Assembly (NCBI GenBank): GCA_964595305.1 | Contig: CAZQPW010000002.1 | Location: forward strand, 1 to 56,413 | From: an uncultured Candidatus Saccharibacteria bacterium | GTDB lineage: Bacteria; Patescibacteriota; Minisyncoccia; Phycocordibacterales; Phycocordibacteraceae | Reading direction: 5' to 3' | Length of the DNA stretch: 56,413 nt | Shown: piece by piece, positions 44,930-52,485 of the stretch | How the letters are laid out: each line of letters starts with the position of its first letter | Numbering within the stretch: position 1 is the stretch's first letter | Notes under the pieces: model-generated | Database searches by the model: none | Seen by the model: the letters and a program-made list of their open reading frames with translations, nothing else | Told to the model about the DNA's origin: nothing | Position numbers and translations under genes: made by a program

Positions 44930-45245
44930 CATCGACCAGTTTAAGGAAGTGGAAATCCGCGTAGGTACGATACTTACCGCAGAGCCGGTAGAGGGAGCAG
45001 ACAAGCTTTTGAAGTTGAGCGTGGACTTTGGAGAAGCAGAGCCAAGGCAAATCCTTTCAGGAATCCGAGAGTTTGTATCTCCCGAAAGTATGATTGGCAA
45101 GCAGTTTCCGTTCGTCACTAATCTTGAGCCACGCACCATCAGGGGGCACGTTTCAAACGGAATGATCTTGGCGGTAGGAGAGGGGGAAAGCTTTTCGCTC
45201 CTTTCGCCCACCAACTCTGTTCCTCCAGGTAGTCGCGCGAGGTAA
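44922..45245 (+). CDS. tRNA-binding domain protein (CsaA/Trbp111/EMAP-II-like OB fold)
   Basis: FKEVEIRVGTILTAEPVEGADKLLKLSVDFGE...RQILSGI is the typical tRNA_bind domain pattern. 107 aa. Confidence 0.8.
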   Translation: MINIDQFKEVEIRVGTILTAEPVEGADKLLKLSVDFGEAEPRQILSGIREFVSPESMIGKQFPFVTNLEPRTIRGHVSNGMILAVGEGESFSLLSPTNSVPPGSRAR

Positions 45246-45284
45246 CCCTCGATAAGCAAAAAAACAATTTATAATAAGTGCAGT

Positions 45285-46355
45285 ATGTCTGCACATGTCC
45301 TTTCGCGTTGGGGCTGGGCTCCGCCGCAGTATCTGCTCATGCCGGCTTTTGGCGTCGACATTTCTCGTGGCTCAATAAAGTTTGTGAGTGTTGGTGCGTA
45401 CCGTACTGAACTTCGACCAAAAAAGTTTGGTGAAGTGGCACTCGAGCCGGGGGTTTTTGCAGAAGGGGAGATCGAAAAGCCCGACGTAATACGGGGACAT
45501 TTAAAAAGCCTTCGCACGCACCATGGCCTGAAGTTTGCTCACGCCTCGCTTTCAGAGAAGAAGGCGTTTATATACCAAACCGCAATTCCAAACAGTACTA
45601 AGGATATTAAGAGTGCTGTTGAGTACGAACTTGAGGCGCACGTGCCGTTGCCGCCGCAGGAGACTGTCTTTGACTATGAGTTGGTACGTAGAGGTGGAGC
45701 GACGAGTGTGTATGCGGTCACTGCATATGCAAAGCGTGTGGTTGAAATGTACGAAACTGTTTTCCGCGAAGCAGGGGTCACACTCTCATCTCTTGAAGTC
45801 GAGGCACATGCTGTGGCGCGAGCGGTATTACCTAAAAATAAAAGGGATGCGGTTACGCTCGTAGTCGACATGGGGTCGCACACCACAAGGATCACTGTTG
45901 TAGATGGTAGTGCGGTTTCGTACACAGCAACAATGGATTTTGGAACTGAAGTTTTGCTTGACTCGATTATGCGGCACCTCGGTATTACTCGAGAGGAGGC
46001 GCTGGTTGTAAAAGATACTCGCGGCTTCCTTCTTGGCGAGCACAATAGGAATGTGATTGAGGCGGTGATCAACCCCATCTCAGTTTTTAGAGACGAACTT
46101 AAGCGGCACATCGAGTACTGGAACCATGCGCCGGCAGACGACATTCCGCGACCGCCGATTACCTCAGTAGTTCTTTCTGGTGGTAACGCTAACATGCGCG
46201 GGCTCGTAGAATATATTTCAGACAATACGGGGCTGATAGTAGAGCCTGCAAACGTGTGGCGCAACCTCTTTTCGCTCGATACGTATGTGCCCCCAATGTT
46301 GAAAGCAGAGTCGCTCGAGTTTTCAACCGCAGTCGGACTCGCAATAAAAAAGTAA
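45285..46355 (+). CDS. pilM: Type IV pilus assembly protein PilM (actin-like ATPase fold)
   Basis: FGVDISRGSIKFV, the later VVDMGSHTTRITVV, and VVLSGGNANMRGL match the PilM/FtsA-like phosphate motifs. An alternative start exists at 45339. Confidence 0.8.
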   Translation: MSAHVLSRWGWAPPQYLLMPAFGVDISRGSIKFVSVGAYRTELRPKKFGEVALEPGVFAEGEIEKPDVIRGHLKSLRTHHGLKFAHASLSEKKAFIYQTAIPNSTKDIKSAVEYELEAHVPLPPQETVFDYELVRRGGATSVYAVTAYAKRVVEMYETVFREAGVTLSSLEVEAHAVARAVLPKNKRDAVTLVVDMGSHTTRITVVDGSAVSYTATMDFGTEVLLDSIMRHLGITREEALVVKDTRGFLLGEHNRNVIEAVINPISVFRDELKRHIEYWNHAPADDIPRPPITSVVLSGGNANMRGLVEYISDNTGLIVEPANVWRNLFSLDTYVPPMLKAESLEFSTAVGLAIKK

Positions 46356-46356
46356 C

Positions 46357-46905
46357 ATGGTGAACTTAATAGATGAAAAGTCGCAGAAGGAACAGCGTGC
46401 ACGCTACTATCGCGCACTTGCCAACTCACTACTGTCTTTGCTTTCGTTTGCACTTGCTGTTGCGCTTGCGCTCCATGTACCGCTGTACCTTAGTGCGATA
46501 GGGGAAGAGACAGACGTGCTTCAAAATCTCGGCATCGTGCGCGAGCGCGCAGACACCTTAACAAAACAGACCTCTGCAACGTCGAGCGCAGCGGCCAAGG
46601 AAGAGGTGCGCTTCGGAATTCAGCTGCAGCGTGAGCCGGTGGTAGAGCGCGCGGTCGGCGCACTCGTCGTTTCCTTGCCGAAGGGTGTAAGTATTTCAAA
46701 AATAGACGTGAAGCTGCTTTCGCTCGGCGGGGTCGAGGTTTCTGCGCGAGGTAGGGCACCGTCACGCGACTCGCTCACCAAACTCGAAACAGACATACGC
46801 GCAGTTGCTGGTGTAAAAGACGAGCGAATTCCTGTTGCAGCGTTCGTTGAGGAGCGGGACAGAGACTTTACGATTACCTATTCGTACCTCCCGCCAAAAA
46901 AGTAA
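46357..46905 (+). CDS. pilN: PilN-like bitopic pilus assembly protein
   Basis: The N-terminal VNLIDEKSQKEQR (INLLP-type) is followed by one TM helix and a periplasmic domain. It starts 2 nt after pilM. Confidence 0.6.
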   Translation: MVNLIDEKSQKEQRARYYRALANSLLSLLSFALAVALALHVPLYLSAIGEETDVLQNLGIVRERADTLTKQTSATSSAAAKEEVRFGIQLQREPVVERAVGALVVSLPKGVSISKIDVKLLSLGGVEVSARGRAPSRDSLTKLETDIRAVAGVKDERIPVAAFVEERDRDFTITYSYLPPKK

Positions 46906-46906
46906 C

Positions 46907-47419
46907 ATGAGCAACACATCTCTCATCATCCGCGCGCTTATCTTCCTCGGGCTCTTGGGCGGTTTTTGTTTTGTTGTGTACGACATTTCTCGCGCGCGCG
47001 AGTCTGCGGACTCAGCGCGCGCGAGCATCGTTTCCGAGGAGTCTCGTGGCGCGAACGCGCAGGTTACCAAGCAGTTCCTTGAAAGCACTGAGCAGCAGCG
47101 AGCCCAGGCGCACTCGTTTTACGTTCCTGCAAACGGAACTGCAGATGCACTTTCTTTGGTAGAGCAGCTCGCTCGTGCCGCAAAGGTTGAGGCCCGAGTA
47201 ACGGGTGCTGACCTCACGAAAATACAGGCTCAATACCTGGAAGAACTTTCAGTTACGCTTAATGTCCGCGGGCCGTTTACCAACGTACTCTCGTTGGTCA
47301 CCATGCTTGAGTCGTTGCCGCGAGTCTCGAACGTGCGCAGCGTATCAATAGAGGTAACAGAGGGCGGTGTGTGGAGCGGATCCATCGTAGCGGTGTTCAC
47401 TAAATCAAAACTCCAATGA
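46907..47419 (+). CDS. pilO: PilO-like bitopic pilus assembly protein
   Basis: ATG at 46907 (MSNTSLIIRALIFLGLLGGFCFVVY), a coiled segment, then an alpha/beta domain. Position after pilN. Confidence 0.5.
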   Translation: MSNTSLIIRALIFLGLLGGFCFVVYDISRARESADSARASIVSEESRGANAQVTKQFLESTEQQRAQAHSFYVPANGTADALSLVEQLARAAKVEARVTGADLTKIQAQYLEELSVTLNVRGPFTNVLSLVTMLESLPRVSNVRSVSIEVTEGGVWSGSIVAVFTKSKLQ

Positions 47420-47724
47420 TCAGCTCACTACTTAAAAGAATCACTACACTCTTTTCTTCGCGCGATGCAGAGCGCGACTACGGAGTGGTAACTGCAATCG
47501 CTGGCGTCTTTTTTGTAGCGCTTGTATTGATCACTATCGGCAACTATTTGCCGCAGGCAGCGCCTGAGGCGGTCGTGGTCCCGCCGCCGCCAGTACCCGT
47601 TACGGACGCAGATTTTCAAAAAATGATCAATATTTATAGTGCGAGAGTGGAAGCTTTCCAGGCAGGCTCGTTTCCTTTCCTTAAACTACCAGACCCTTCG
47701 CGCGCGACAGCACCTAAAAAATAG
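47416..47724 (+). CDS. Small bitopic membrane protein (pilMNO operon tail)
   Basis: 102 aa with one TM helix (VVTAIAGVFFVALVLITIG) and a Pro-rich segment. A 4-nt overlap links it to the previous gene. Confidence 0.45.
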   Translation: MISSLLKRITTLFSSRDAERDYGVVTAIAGVFFVALVLITIGNYLPQAAPEAVVVPPPPVPVTDADFQKMINIYSARVEAFQAGSFPFLKLPDPSRATAPKK

Positions 47725-47752
47725 TGGCGTTTTGTGGTAAAGTTCCTGTGTC

Positions 47753-47824
47753 GGCCCTGTAGTTAAATGGATATAACTGCGGACTTCTAAGCCGCTATTC
47801 GTGGTTCGATTCCACGCGGGGCCA
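47753..47824 (+). tRNA. tRNA-Arg (anticodon UCU)
   Basis: Acceptor GGCCCUG/CGGGGCC (one G-U pair), D arm GUUA/UAAC, anticodon loop CUUCUAA, T arm CGUGG-UUCGAUU-CCACG. There is an A31-G39 mismatch. CCA is not encoded. Confidence 0.8.
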
Positions 47825-47831
47825 CTCGATA

Positions 47832-47857
47832 GAAAAAGCAACGGGGTTTGCTTTTTC
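47832..47857 (+). terminator. Hairpin after tRNA-Arg(UCU)
   Basis: GAAAAAGCAA-cggggt-TTGCTTTTTC. No separate U-tract follows the stem. Confidence 0.4.
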
Positions 47858-47942
47858 GATACGAGGGGCGGCCGGAGCGAGCGTAGGCGAGTGAGGCGGG
47901 GCAGCGGCATTGGCCAGCAGGGCAATAGCTGTGGCCACTAAA

Positions 47943-48182
47943 CTAGAAACGCCAAACGTTTTTTACCCAGCCGTGGTACGCGTTTAAAATCTCCTCCCGC
48001 CCACACTCAGCACAAGTGCGGTGGTTGCTGTCAATATTATTCCAAACATGGCCAGCCATAAAGCAGGCAAAGATCTCCCTGAGGCCAACGAGCCTAAGCT
48101 CGCTAGTGTGTGGCTTTGCCGCTTGTGTACTCGGAGCTTCTTTCATGCAACTGATAGTACAGTATGTGCCAACCCTATGCAA
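47943..48182 (-). CDS. Possible small zinc-ribbon protein (weak call)
   Basis: The C-terminal 38 aa read MAGHVWNNIDSNHRTCAECGREEILNAYHGWVKNVWRF. It competes with the overlapping plus-strand ORF 48021-48383, and I cannot decide between them from sequence alone. Confidence 0.25.
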   Translation of the reverse strand: MHRVGTYCTISCMKEAPSTQAAKPHTSELRLVGLREIFACFMAGHVWNNIDSNHRTCAECGREEILNAYHGWVKNVWRF

Positions 48183-48379
48183 CCGTTACTATACATGCAC
48201 CCTGTAGGGTATACTACATGTATGAAAAAATTTGATGCACTTAAAACACGAACGAGGAGAGCAAAAGCTCTACTCGAGTCACGGATAGTTCGAAAGGTGG
48301 CTACAGGGAAGGGAGAGAAGGACCGCTGCCCAGTTTCTGGCGCGTATACCTACAGGGAGGTTGAAGAAAATCCAGAGAC

Positions 48380-48769
48380 CTAAATACCCCTTCGAGCTAG
48401 ATCTTCGGCGGACTCGAACTCAAGATAGTTTTGAGTAAGTTCCTCACCTTTCTGTATATCTCGTGTAGCTATGAGATAAGCATCTTTTTGCTCGGCGTCC
48501 TGTGTGACGGTTGGCTCATATGAATGATTGATAAACTTCGAGACGTCGAAGTCTACATGCCAAACTCCCTCACTTTCAATCTTAAATCCCCACCAGCGTA
48601 TCTCATCCTTTTCTTTATCATTCAAAGAGTCGAATTGTGCTTGGGTGATATTTACATCCAGAAGTGGACTAGCAGTATATATCAGCTGTCCTTGTTTTAA
48701 ATCCTCATCAGCAAACAAGCCAATCCCATGATTCGGTGATTTATCGAGTTTATATTTGATATGAATCAT
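48380..48769 (-). CDS. SET-domain protein (putative protein lysine methyltransferase)
   Basis: FINHSYEPT (NHS/CxPN-type) and GEELTQNY (ELxxxY) motifs in a 129-aa minimal SET-sized protein. Confidence 0.7.
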   Translation of the reverse strand: MIHIKYKLDKSPNHGIGLFADEDLKQGQLIYTASPLLDVNITQAQFDSLNDKEKDEIRWWGFKIESEGVWHVDFDVSKFINHSYEPTVTQDAEQKDAYLIATRDIQKGEELTQNYLEFESAEDLARRGI

Positions 48770-49031
48770 AGCTTTATTATACTCCTCGGAGTCCGAACTT
48801 ATCTCAAACTGGTACCCGCCGCCTGCTGGCGCAGGGCACTGCGTTCGCCTGCGCTCACTTGCTGGCCTCCTCGGATTCGGACCGGTGACACCATTTTAGT
48901 TCAAATGTTGCAGTAAGTACAACCCTGCTTGGTTAGTGCTCGCTTGCTGACTAGGTGGAGGCCTAAGTGTCCCGAGGTTGACTTTTGTTCTCGAACGAGT
49001 AGTATGGTCTCTATATAAAATAATACAGTGT

Positions 49032-49406
49032 ATGAAGGAGGGTGCACCAAAAGTAGAGGGGAGTGAAGCAATGGCAACGGAGTTTGTCGGAAGGCCTATA
49101 GGCATTTACGATTCAAGAAACGGGAAAAGTCTTCACACAATGAAGGCTGTCGACATCACTAAGAAATGCTCAAAGTTTGCTATCCGAGCTTTGCTACAGT
49201 ACACCGTTTCGTCAGAAGGTACGATCGTTGCGATGACTGACTGTATTGAGTTTGAAAATCCGACACTAGGAAAGAGGGTTCATTACTTTGTTGGCAAAAT
49301 CCCAACCTCACGTGAGAGTGTGTTTGCGCAGTTTGCAGAAAACTGGGGCATCCCAGTCGCTGAGCTCAAGGAGATTGTTGAGCGAAATGCGGCAGGTTTA
49401 AAGTAG
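49032..49406 (+). CDS. Hypothetical protein
   Basis: The ATG at 49032 lies downstream of a TTGACT-16nt-TAGTAT promoter-like pair (48978-49005), which the track had translated as protein. An alternative start exists at 49071. Confidence 0.45.
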   Translation: MKEGAPKVEGSEAMATEFVGRPIGIYDSRNGKSLHTMKAVDITKKCSKFAIRALLQYTVSSEGTIVAMTDCIEFENPTLGKRVHYFVGKIPTSRESVFAQFAENWGIPVAELKEIVERNAAGLK

Positions 49407-49445
49407 TTGAGGTTGCACTTGAAGTGCGGTATACTCACGAAGAGC

Positions 49446-49518
49446 GGGCGATTAGCTCAGTTGGTAGAGCAGCGCTTTTACACAGCGAAGGTCACAGGTT
49501 CGAGTCCTGTATCGCCCA
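49446..49518 (+). tRNA. tRNA-Val (anticodon UAC)
   Basis: Acceptor GGGCGAU/AUCGCCC, D arm GCUC/GAGC, anticodon loop UUUACAC, T arm ACAGG-UUCGAGU-CCUGU. CCA is not encoded. Confidence 0.9.
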
Positions 49519-50307
49519 CCTCTTTATAATTTCCAAAAACTCTTTCGGCGCGTCAGTTGCGTGCGCTAGGATTTCCTTCGCATGCGGCTTTAGGTCGACT
49601 TGTGAGCGCGCTTTCGGAACCATGAGCCCGCGCCTAATGAGGTATTCGTCCGAGTATCCTGGGAGGTGCCAGGAAATATCCCATGGCGCTGAACCGGGCC
49701 GAACCTTGTTGAGGATAGGGCAGAGCACGGTCGTGCAGTTTGCAAACACGGTGTTGTAAAATTGCGGCCGCTGATAGAGCGCGTGCGTACCCTCGACGAG
49801 TGCAATGAAAAGTTTTTGCGACTCTTCGGGCGTGAGCGTCAGCTCGAATAAGTAAAGCGCTACGCACCCGACCGAAAGCGGCATCGAGAGGCAGTCGTTA
49901 ACGCTCATCCATACGTACCCGAGCTCGTATGCATTCAGCATTCCTTTTATGCCCGAGTACGGCTCGTTGTGTAAACGCTTGCCTTCAATAGAAAAGGCGA
50001 TTGGCTCAGAGTTTTTTGTTTCAAAAATAATGTACGGGTGTGCAATGCCAGCAAAGTTGGTGAACGGTTCAAGTACGTACCACACGCGCACTATGTCGCC
50101 GACCACTACACGCTGTGGCCGCCATTCATTGGTGCGCTGGCCGGTTCCGTCGTACACAAAGTTGCGCGCAGCGTCGATGTGCGCAATACCATTTACGATC
50201 CGCGCGTCGCTTTGCATGCCGTGCTTTTTCATCCACGGCCTGTCGTGTTGTGGCACGCTACGTATCCAACTCATATAAAGTTTAGTATAGTACGATGACG
50301 TACGCAT
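49492..50307 (-). CDS. Hypothetical protein (271 aa)
   Basis: Long ORF with coding appearance. The last 9 codons are antisense to the 3' end of tRNA-Val. The family is not confidently recognised, though a DUF4105-like assignment is possible. Confidence 0.5.
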   Translation of the reverse strand: MRTSSYYTKLYMSWIRSVPQHDRPWMKKHGMQSDARIVNGIAHIDAARNFVYDGTGQRTNEWRPQRVVVGDIVRVWYVLEPFTNFAGIAHPYIIFETKNSEPIAFSIEGKRLHNEPYSGIKGMLNAYELGYVWMSVNDCLSMPLSVGCVALYLFELTLTPEESQKLFIALVEGTHALYQRPQFYNTVFANCTTVLCPILNKVRPGSAPWDISWHLPGYSDEYLIRRGLMVPKARSQVDLKPHAKEILAHATDAPKEFLEIIKRWAIQDSNL

Positions 50308-50970
50308 ATGAGTGGCCTCAGTGTCGGAATCATAATGGATGGCAACAGGCGCTGGGCAAAGGCGCAGGGGCTAAACCCGTGGGACGGTCATCGCGAGGGA
50401 GGAAAAAAGTTGCAGGAGGTCGTTGAGTGGTCTCGAGACCACGGCGCCATCAAGCACGTCGCGGTGTACACATTCTCGACGGAAAATTGGAAGCGCGACC
50501 CAGGCGAGGTCGCACACCTCATGTCACTCATAGAAGAGTTTTTTACAAACTACGCACCAGAGGCAAAAAAGACTGGCGTCCGCATTCGCATTATTGGCGA
50601 GCGAGAAAAGTTTGATGCAAAAACCCAAACTATTTTTAACGAGATCGAGCAGCTTACTGAGGAGTGTTGCGATTTAACACTCTGGTTCGCACTCTCGTAT
50701 GGTGGCAGGGCAGAGCTCTTGCACGCAGCGCGTTCGTGCTCGCCCGAGAGTGAAGGAGATTTTCAAAAGCATTTGTGGGCGGCAGAGCTGCCAGACTTAG
50801 ACATCGTGCTTCGGACCGGCGGTGAAAAAAGGCTTTCCAACTTTTTCCCGTGGCACTCAACGTACAGCGAGCTCTTTTTCGTTGACACCTTTTGGCCTGC
50901 GTTTAGCAAGGAGGAATATGTGGCAGTGCTCGACGAGTTTGCCCAGAGGCAGCGTAGAATGGGAGCATGA
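50308..50970 (+). CDS. uppS: Undecaprenyl diphosphate synthase (cis-prenyltransferase)
   Basis: Motifs GIIMDGNRRWAK, AVYTFSTENWKR and RTGGEKRLSNFFPW. Confidence 0.9.
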   Translation: MSGLSVGIIMDGNRRWAKAQGLNPWDGHREGGKKLQEVVEWSRDHGAIKHVAVYTFSTENWKRDPGEVAHLMSLIEEFFTNYAPEAKKTGVRIRIIGEREKFDAKTQTIFNEIEQLTEECCDLTLWFALSYGGRAELLHAARSCSPESEGDFQKHLWAAELPDLDIVLRTGGEKRLSNFFPWHSTYSELFFVDTFWPAFSKEEYVAVLDEFAQRQRRMGA

Positions 50971-51692
50971 GTGAGTCGCCCACAGTACTATACGAAGACG
51001 AAGATGTGCTGGTGATCAATAAGCCGGCGGGGCTGATAGTACACTCAGACGGCAGGACGGTTGAGCCGAGTGTGTGCGACTGGTTAGTTGAAAAGTTTCC
51101 GAGCATCAAGGATGTCGGTGAGCCGTGGCTCTCGCCGCAAGGCGAAGTGGTACCACGGCCGGGCATCGTGCACCGGCTCGACCGCACAACGAGCGGCGTG
51201 ATGATAATTGCGAAAACAAATGAGGCACACTCACTTTTAAAGTCTCAATTTCAAGCACGCTCAGTGAGCAAAGAGTACTTGGCGCTCGTCTACGGGCACA
51301 TTAAAAATGATTCGGGAGTAATCGAGCGCGAGATCGTGCGCGTTAAGAGCACGCCGCCAAGGTGGGGCGTGAGTCATGGGAAGGAAAATAAAAGGCGAGC
51401 AGCAATTACCGAGTGGAAGGTGGAGAAGCGCTTGGAGATCGACGGTGCGCCATACACGTTGGTGCGCGCGATGCCGAAGACTGGGCGTACGCACCAAATA
51501 CGCGTACATCTTAAGGAGCTCGGTAACCCTATAGCGTGTGACCATTTGTACGCAGCAGGGAAAGTGTGTCCAGCTGGGCTCACTCGCCCTGCGCTCCACG
51601 CCGCAAAACTTTCACTCACGCTTCCCTCGGGCGAGGCAAAAACGTTCGAGGCTGCCTTGCCAAGTGACTTCTCTCGTGCTATTTTAGAATAA
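50967..51692 (+). CDS. RluA/RluD-family pseudouridine synthase (no S4 domain)
   Basis: Catalytic motif [15 protein letters not shown], followed by KEYLALV and RTHQIRVHL. Confidence 0.85.
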   Translation: MSESPTVLYEDEDVLVINKPAGLIVHSDGRTVEPSVCDWLVEKFPSIKDVGEPWLSPQGEVVPRPGIVHRLDRTTSGVMIIAKTNEAHSLLKSQFQARSVSKEYLALVYGHIKNDSGVIEREIVRVKSTPPRWGVSHGKENKRRAAITEWKVEKRLEIDGAPYTLVRAMPKTGRTHQIRVHLKELGNPIACDHLYAAGKVCPAGLTRPALHAAKLSLTLPSGEAKTFEAALPSDFSRAILE

Positions 51693-51694
51693 CT

Positions 51695-52123
51695 ATGCGA
51701 GTAAAGGCAGACACTAAAAAATTGACCACCGTTAAGGTAGACGAACGAAAGGCGCTTGGCCTTAGGGCTGGTGACACTGTGCGCGTGCACCAGAAGATTG
51801 TTGAAAAAGGGAAGACCCGTATCCAGGTCTTTGAGGGTCTCGTTATTGCTACCAAGCACGGGTCAGAAATCGGCGCTACGTTTACCGTCCGCGCGGTGAT
51901 GTCTAGTGTTGGTGTTGAAAAGACCTTCCCACTTTACACTCCAATGATCGACAAGATAGAGATCATCCGCCGCGCTACCATGCGCCGTGCGAAGCTCTAC
52001 TTCATCCGCGACAAGGCGAGCCGCGAGATCCGCCGCCAGCTCCGCAACATGGTCAACGTTAATATCTCAACGGGTAACGCAAAAGACGAGGCACCTATTG
52101 AGGTCGCTGCTGCAGCTGAGTAA
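51695..52123 (+). CDS. rplS: 50S ribosomal protein L19
   Basis: [31 protein letters not shown]...FTVR and [10 protein letters not shown] are the L19 signature. Confidence 0.9.
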   Translation: MRVKADTKKLTTVKVDERKALGLRAGDTVRVHQKIVEKGKTRIQVFEGLVIATKHGSEIGATFTVRAVMSSVGVEKTFPLYTPMIDKIEIIRRATMRRAKLYFIRDKASREIRRQLRNMVNVNISTGNAKDEAPIEVAAAAE

Positions 52124-52161
52124 TTGAGTTTTGAAGGGAAATAATGTAAGATAAATACGTT

Positions 52162-52188
52162 GCGGCTGTGAGCCTAGCTCCCAGCCGC
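52162..52188 (+). repeat. Minihelix made of both halves of the tRNA-Asp acceptor stem
   Basis: GCGGCTG-tgagcctagctcc-CAGCCGC. The 7-nt arms are identical to the acceptor-stem strands of the tRNA-Asp gene 48 nt downstream. The loop contains CTAGCTC, compared with GTAGCTC in the tRNA. Confidence 0.5.
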
Positions 52189-52196
52189 TGCACTCA

Positions 52197-52228
52197 GCGA
52201 TGATGAAAGCTGCGCTTTCGTCATCCGC
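52197..52228 (+). other. Strong 14-bp hairpin between rplS and tRNA-Asp
   Basis: GCGATGATGAAAGC-tgc-GCTTTCGTCATCCGC, with one G-U pair and one bulge. There is no U-tract, so it may be a processing site or a weak terminator. Confidence 0.4.
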
Positions 52229-52235
52229 TTCGCTT

Positions 52236-52307
52236 GCGGCTGTAGCTCAACGGTAGAGCACCCGCCTGTCACGTGGGAGGTCGTGGGGTCAGCACCCATC
52301 AGCCGCG
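52236..52307 (+). tRNA. tRNA-Asp (anticodon GUC) with a non-canonical T-loop
   Basis: Acceptor GCGGCUG/CAGCCGC, discriminator G, D arm GCUC/GAGC, anticodon stem CCCGC/GUGGG with loop CUGUCAC. The T arm is GUGGG-GUCAGCA-CCCAU, where the loop lacks the usual UUCRAnn (G54 and G58 instead of U54 and A58). Confidence 0.65.
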
Positions 52308-52322
52308 CAAAATCAGAAAATC
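52291..52322 (+). repeat. 32-nt direct repeat, copy 1 (T-loop to 3' end of tRNA-Asp plus 15 nt of trailer)
   Basis: AGCACCCATCAGCCGCGCAAAATCAGAAAATC, identical to 52413-52444. Confidence 0.9.
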
Positions 52323-52346
52323 CCGAAAGGGATTTTTTGTTTTTGC
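52317..52346 (+). terminator. Intrinsic terminator after tRNA-Asp
   Basis: AAAATCCC-gaaa-GGGATTTT followed by TTGTTTTT. Confidence 0.7.
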
Positions 52347-52412
52347 CGGACTGAAGAAATGTCTGGGAGACATTTTGTTGGGTGTTGACGGGCGAAGCCC
52401 TGGCCCGAAGGG

Positions 52413-52444
52413 AGCACCCATCAGCCGCGCAAAATCAGAAAATC
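52413..52444 (+). repeat. 32-nt direct repeat, copy 2
   Basis: Perfect copy of 52291-52322. It is immediately preceded by two small GC hairpins: GGGCGAAGCCC (52390-52400) and CCCGAAGGG (52404-52412). Confidence 0.9.
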
Positions 52445-52485
52445 TAGAAAGCAGTTTTTACTTATTTACGTTGTATACTGGAGGT

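Noticed and set aside
45674-46453. 259-aa minus-strand ORF opposite pilM/pilN, and similar long antisense ORFs elsewhere (907-1530, 27847-28425, 55689-56339, 5605-6099, 8076-8615).
   Set aside because: These are shadow ORFs lying entirely inside confidently identified genes on the other strand. Their translations are Ser/Arg/Ala-rich with no motifs.
48021-48383. 120-aa plus-strand ORF between tRNA-Arg(UCU) and the SET gene.
   Set aside because: It overlaps the equally weak minus-strand ORF 47943-48182. Neither has a recognisable family or clear start signals. Only the minus-strand one shows a CxxC-containing motif, so that one is listed at low confidence and this one is not called.
52291-52444. 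An intact integrated prophage or genomic island at tRNA-Asp, delimited by the 32-nt repeats.
   Set aside because: Only 90 nt separate the repeats and they encode nothing. The signature is reported as a scar or remnant, not as a mobile element.
52273-52485. N-terminal 70 codons of the 387-aa track ORF, starting inside tRNA-Asp.
   Set aside because: This part reads through the tRNA gene, its terminator and the 32-nt repeat. The real protein most likely starts near 52471-52486, just before its TM helix.
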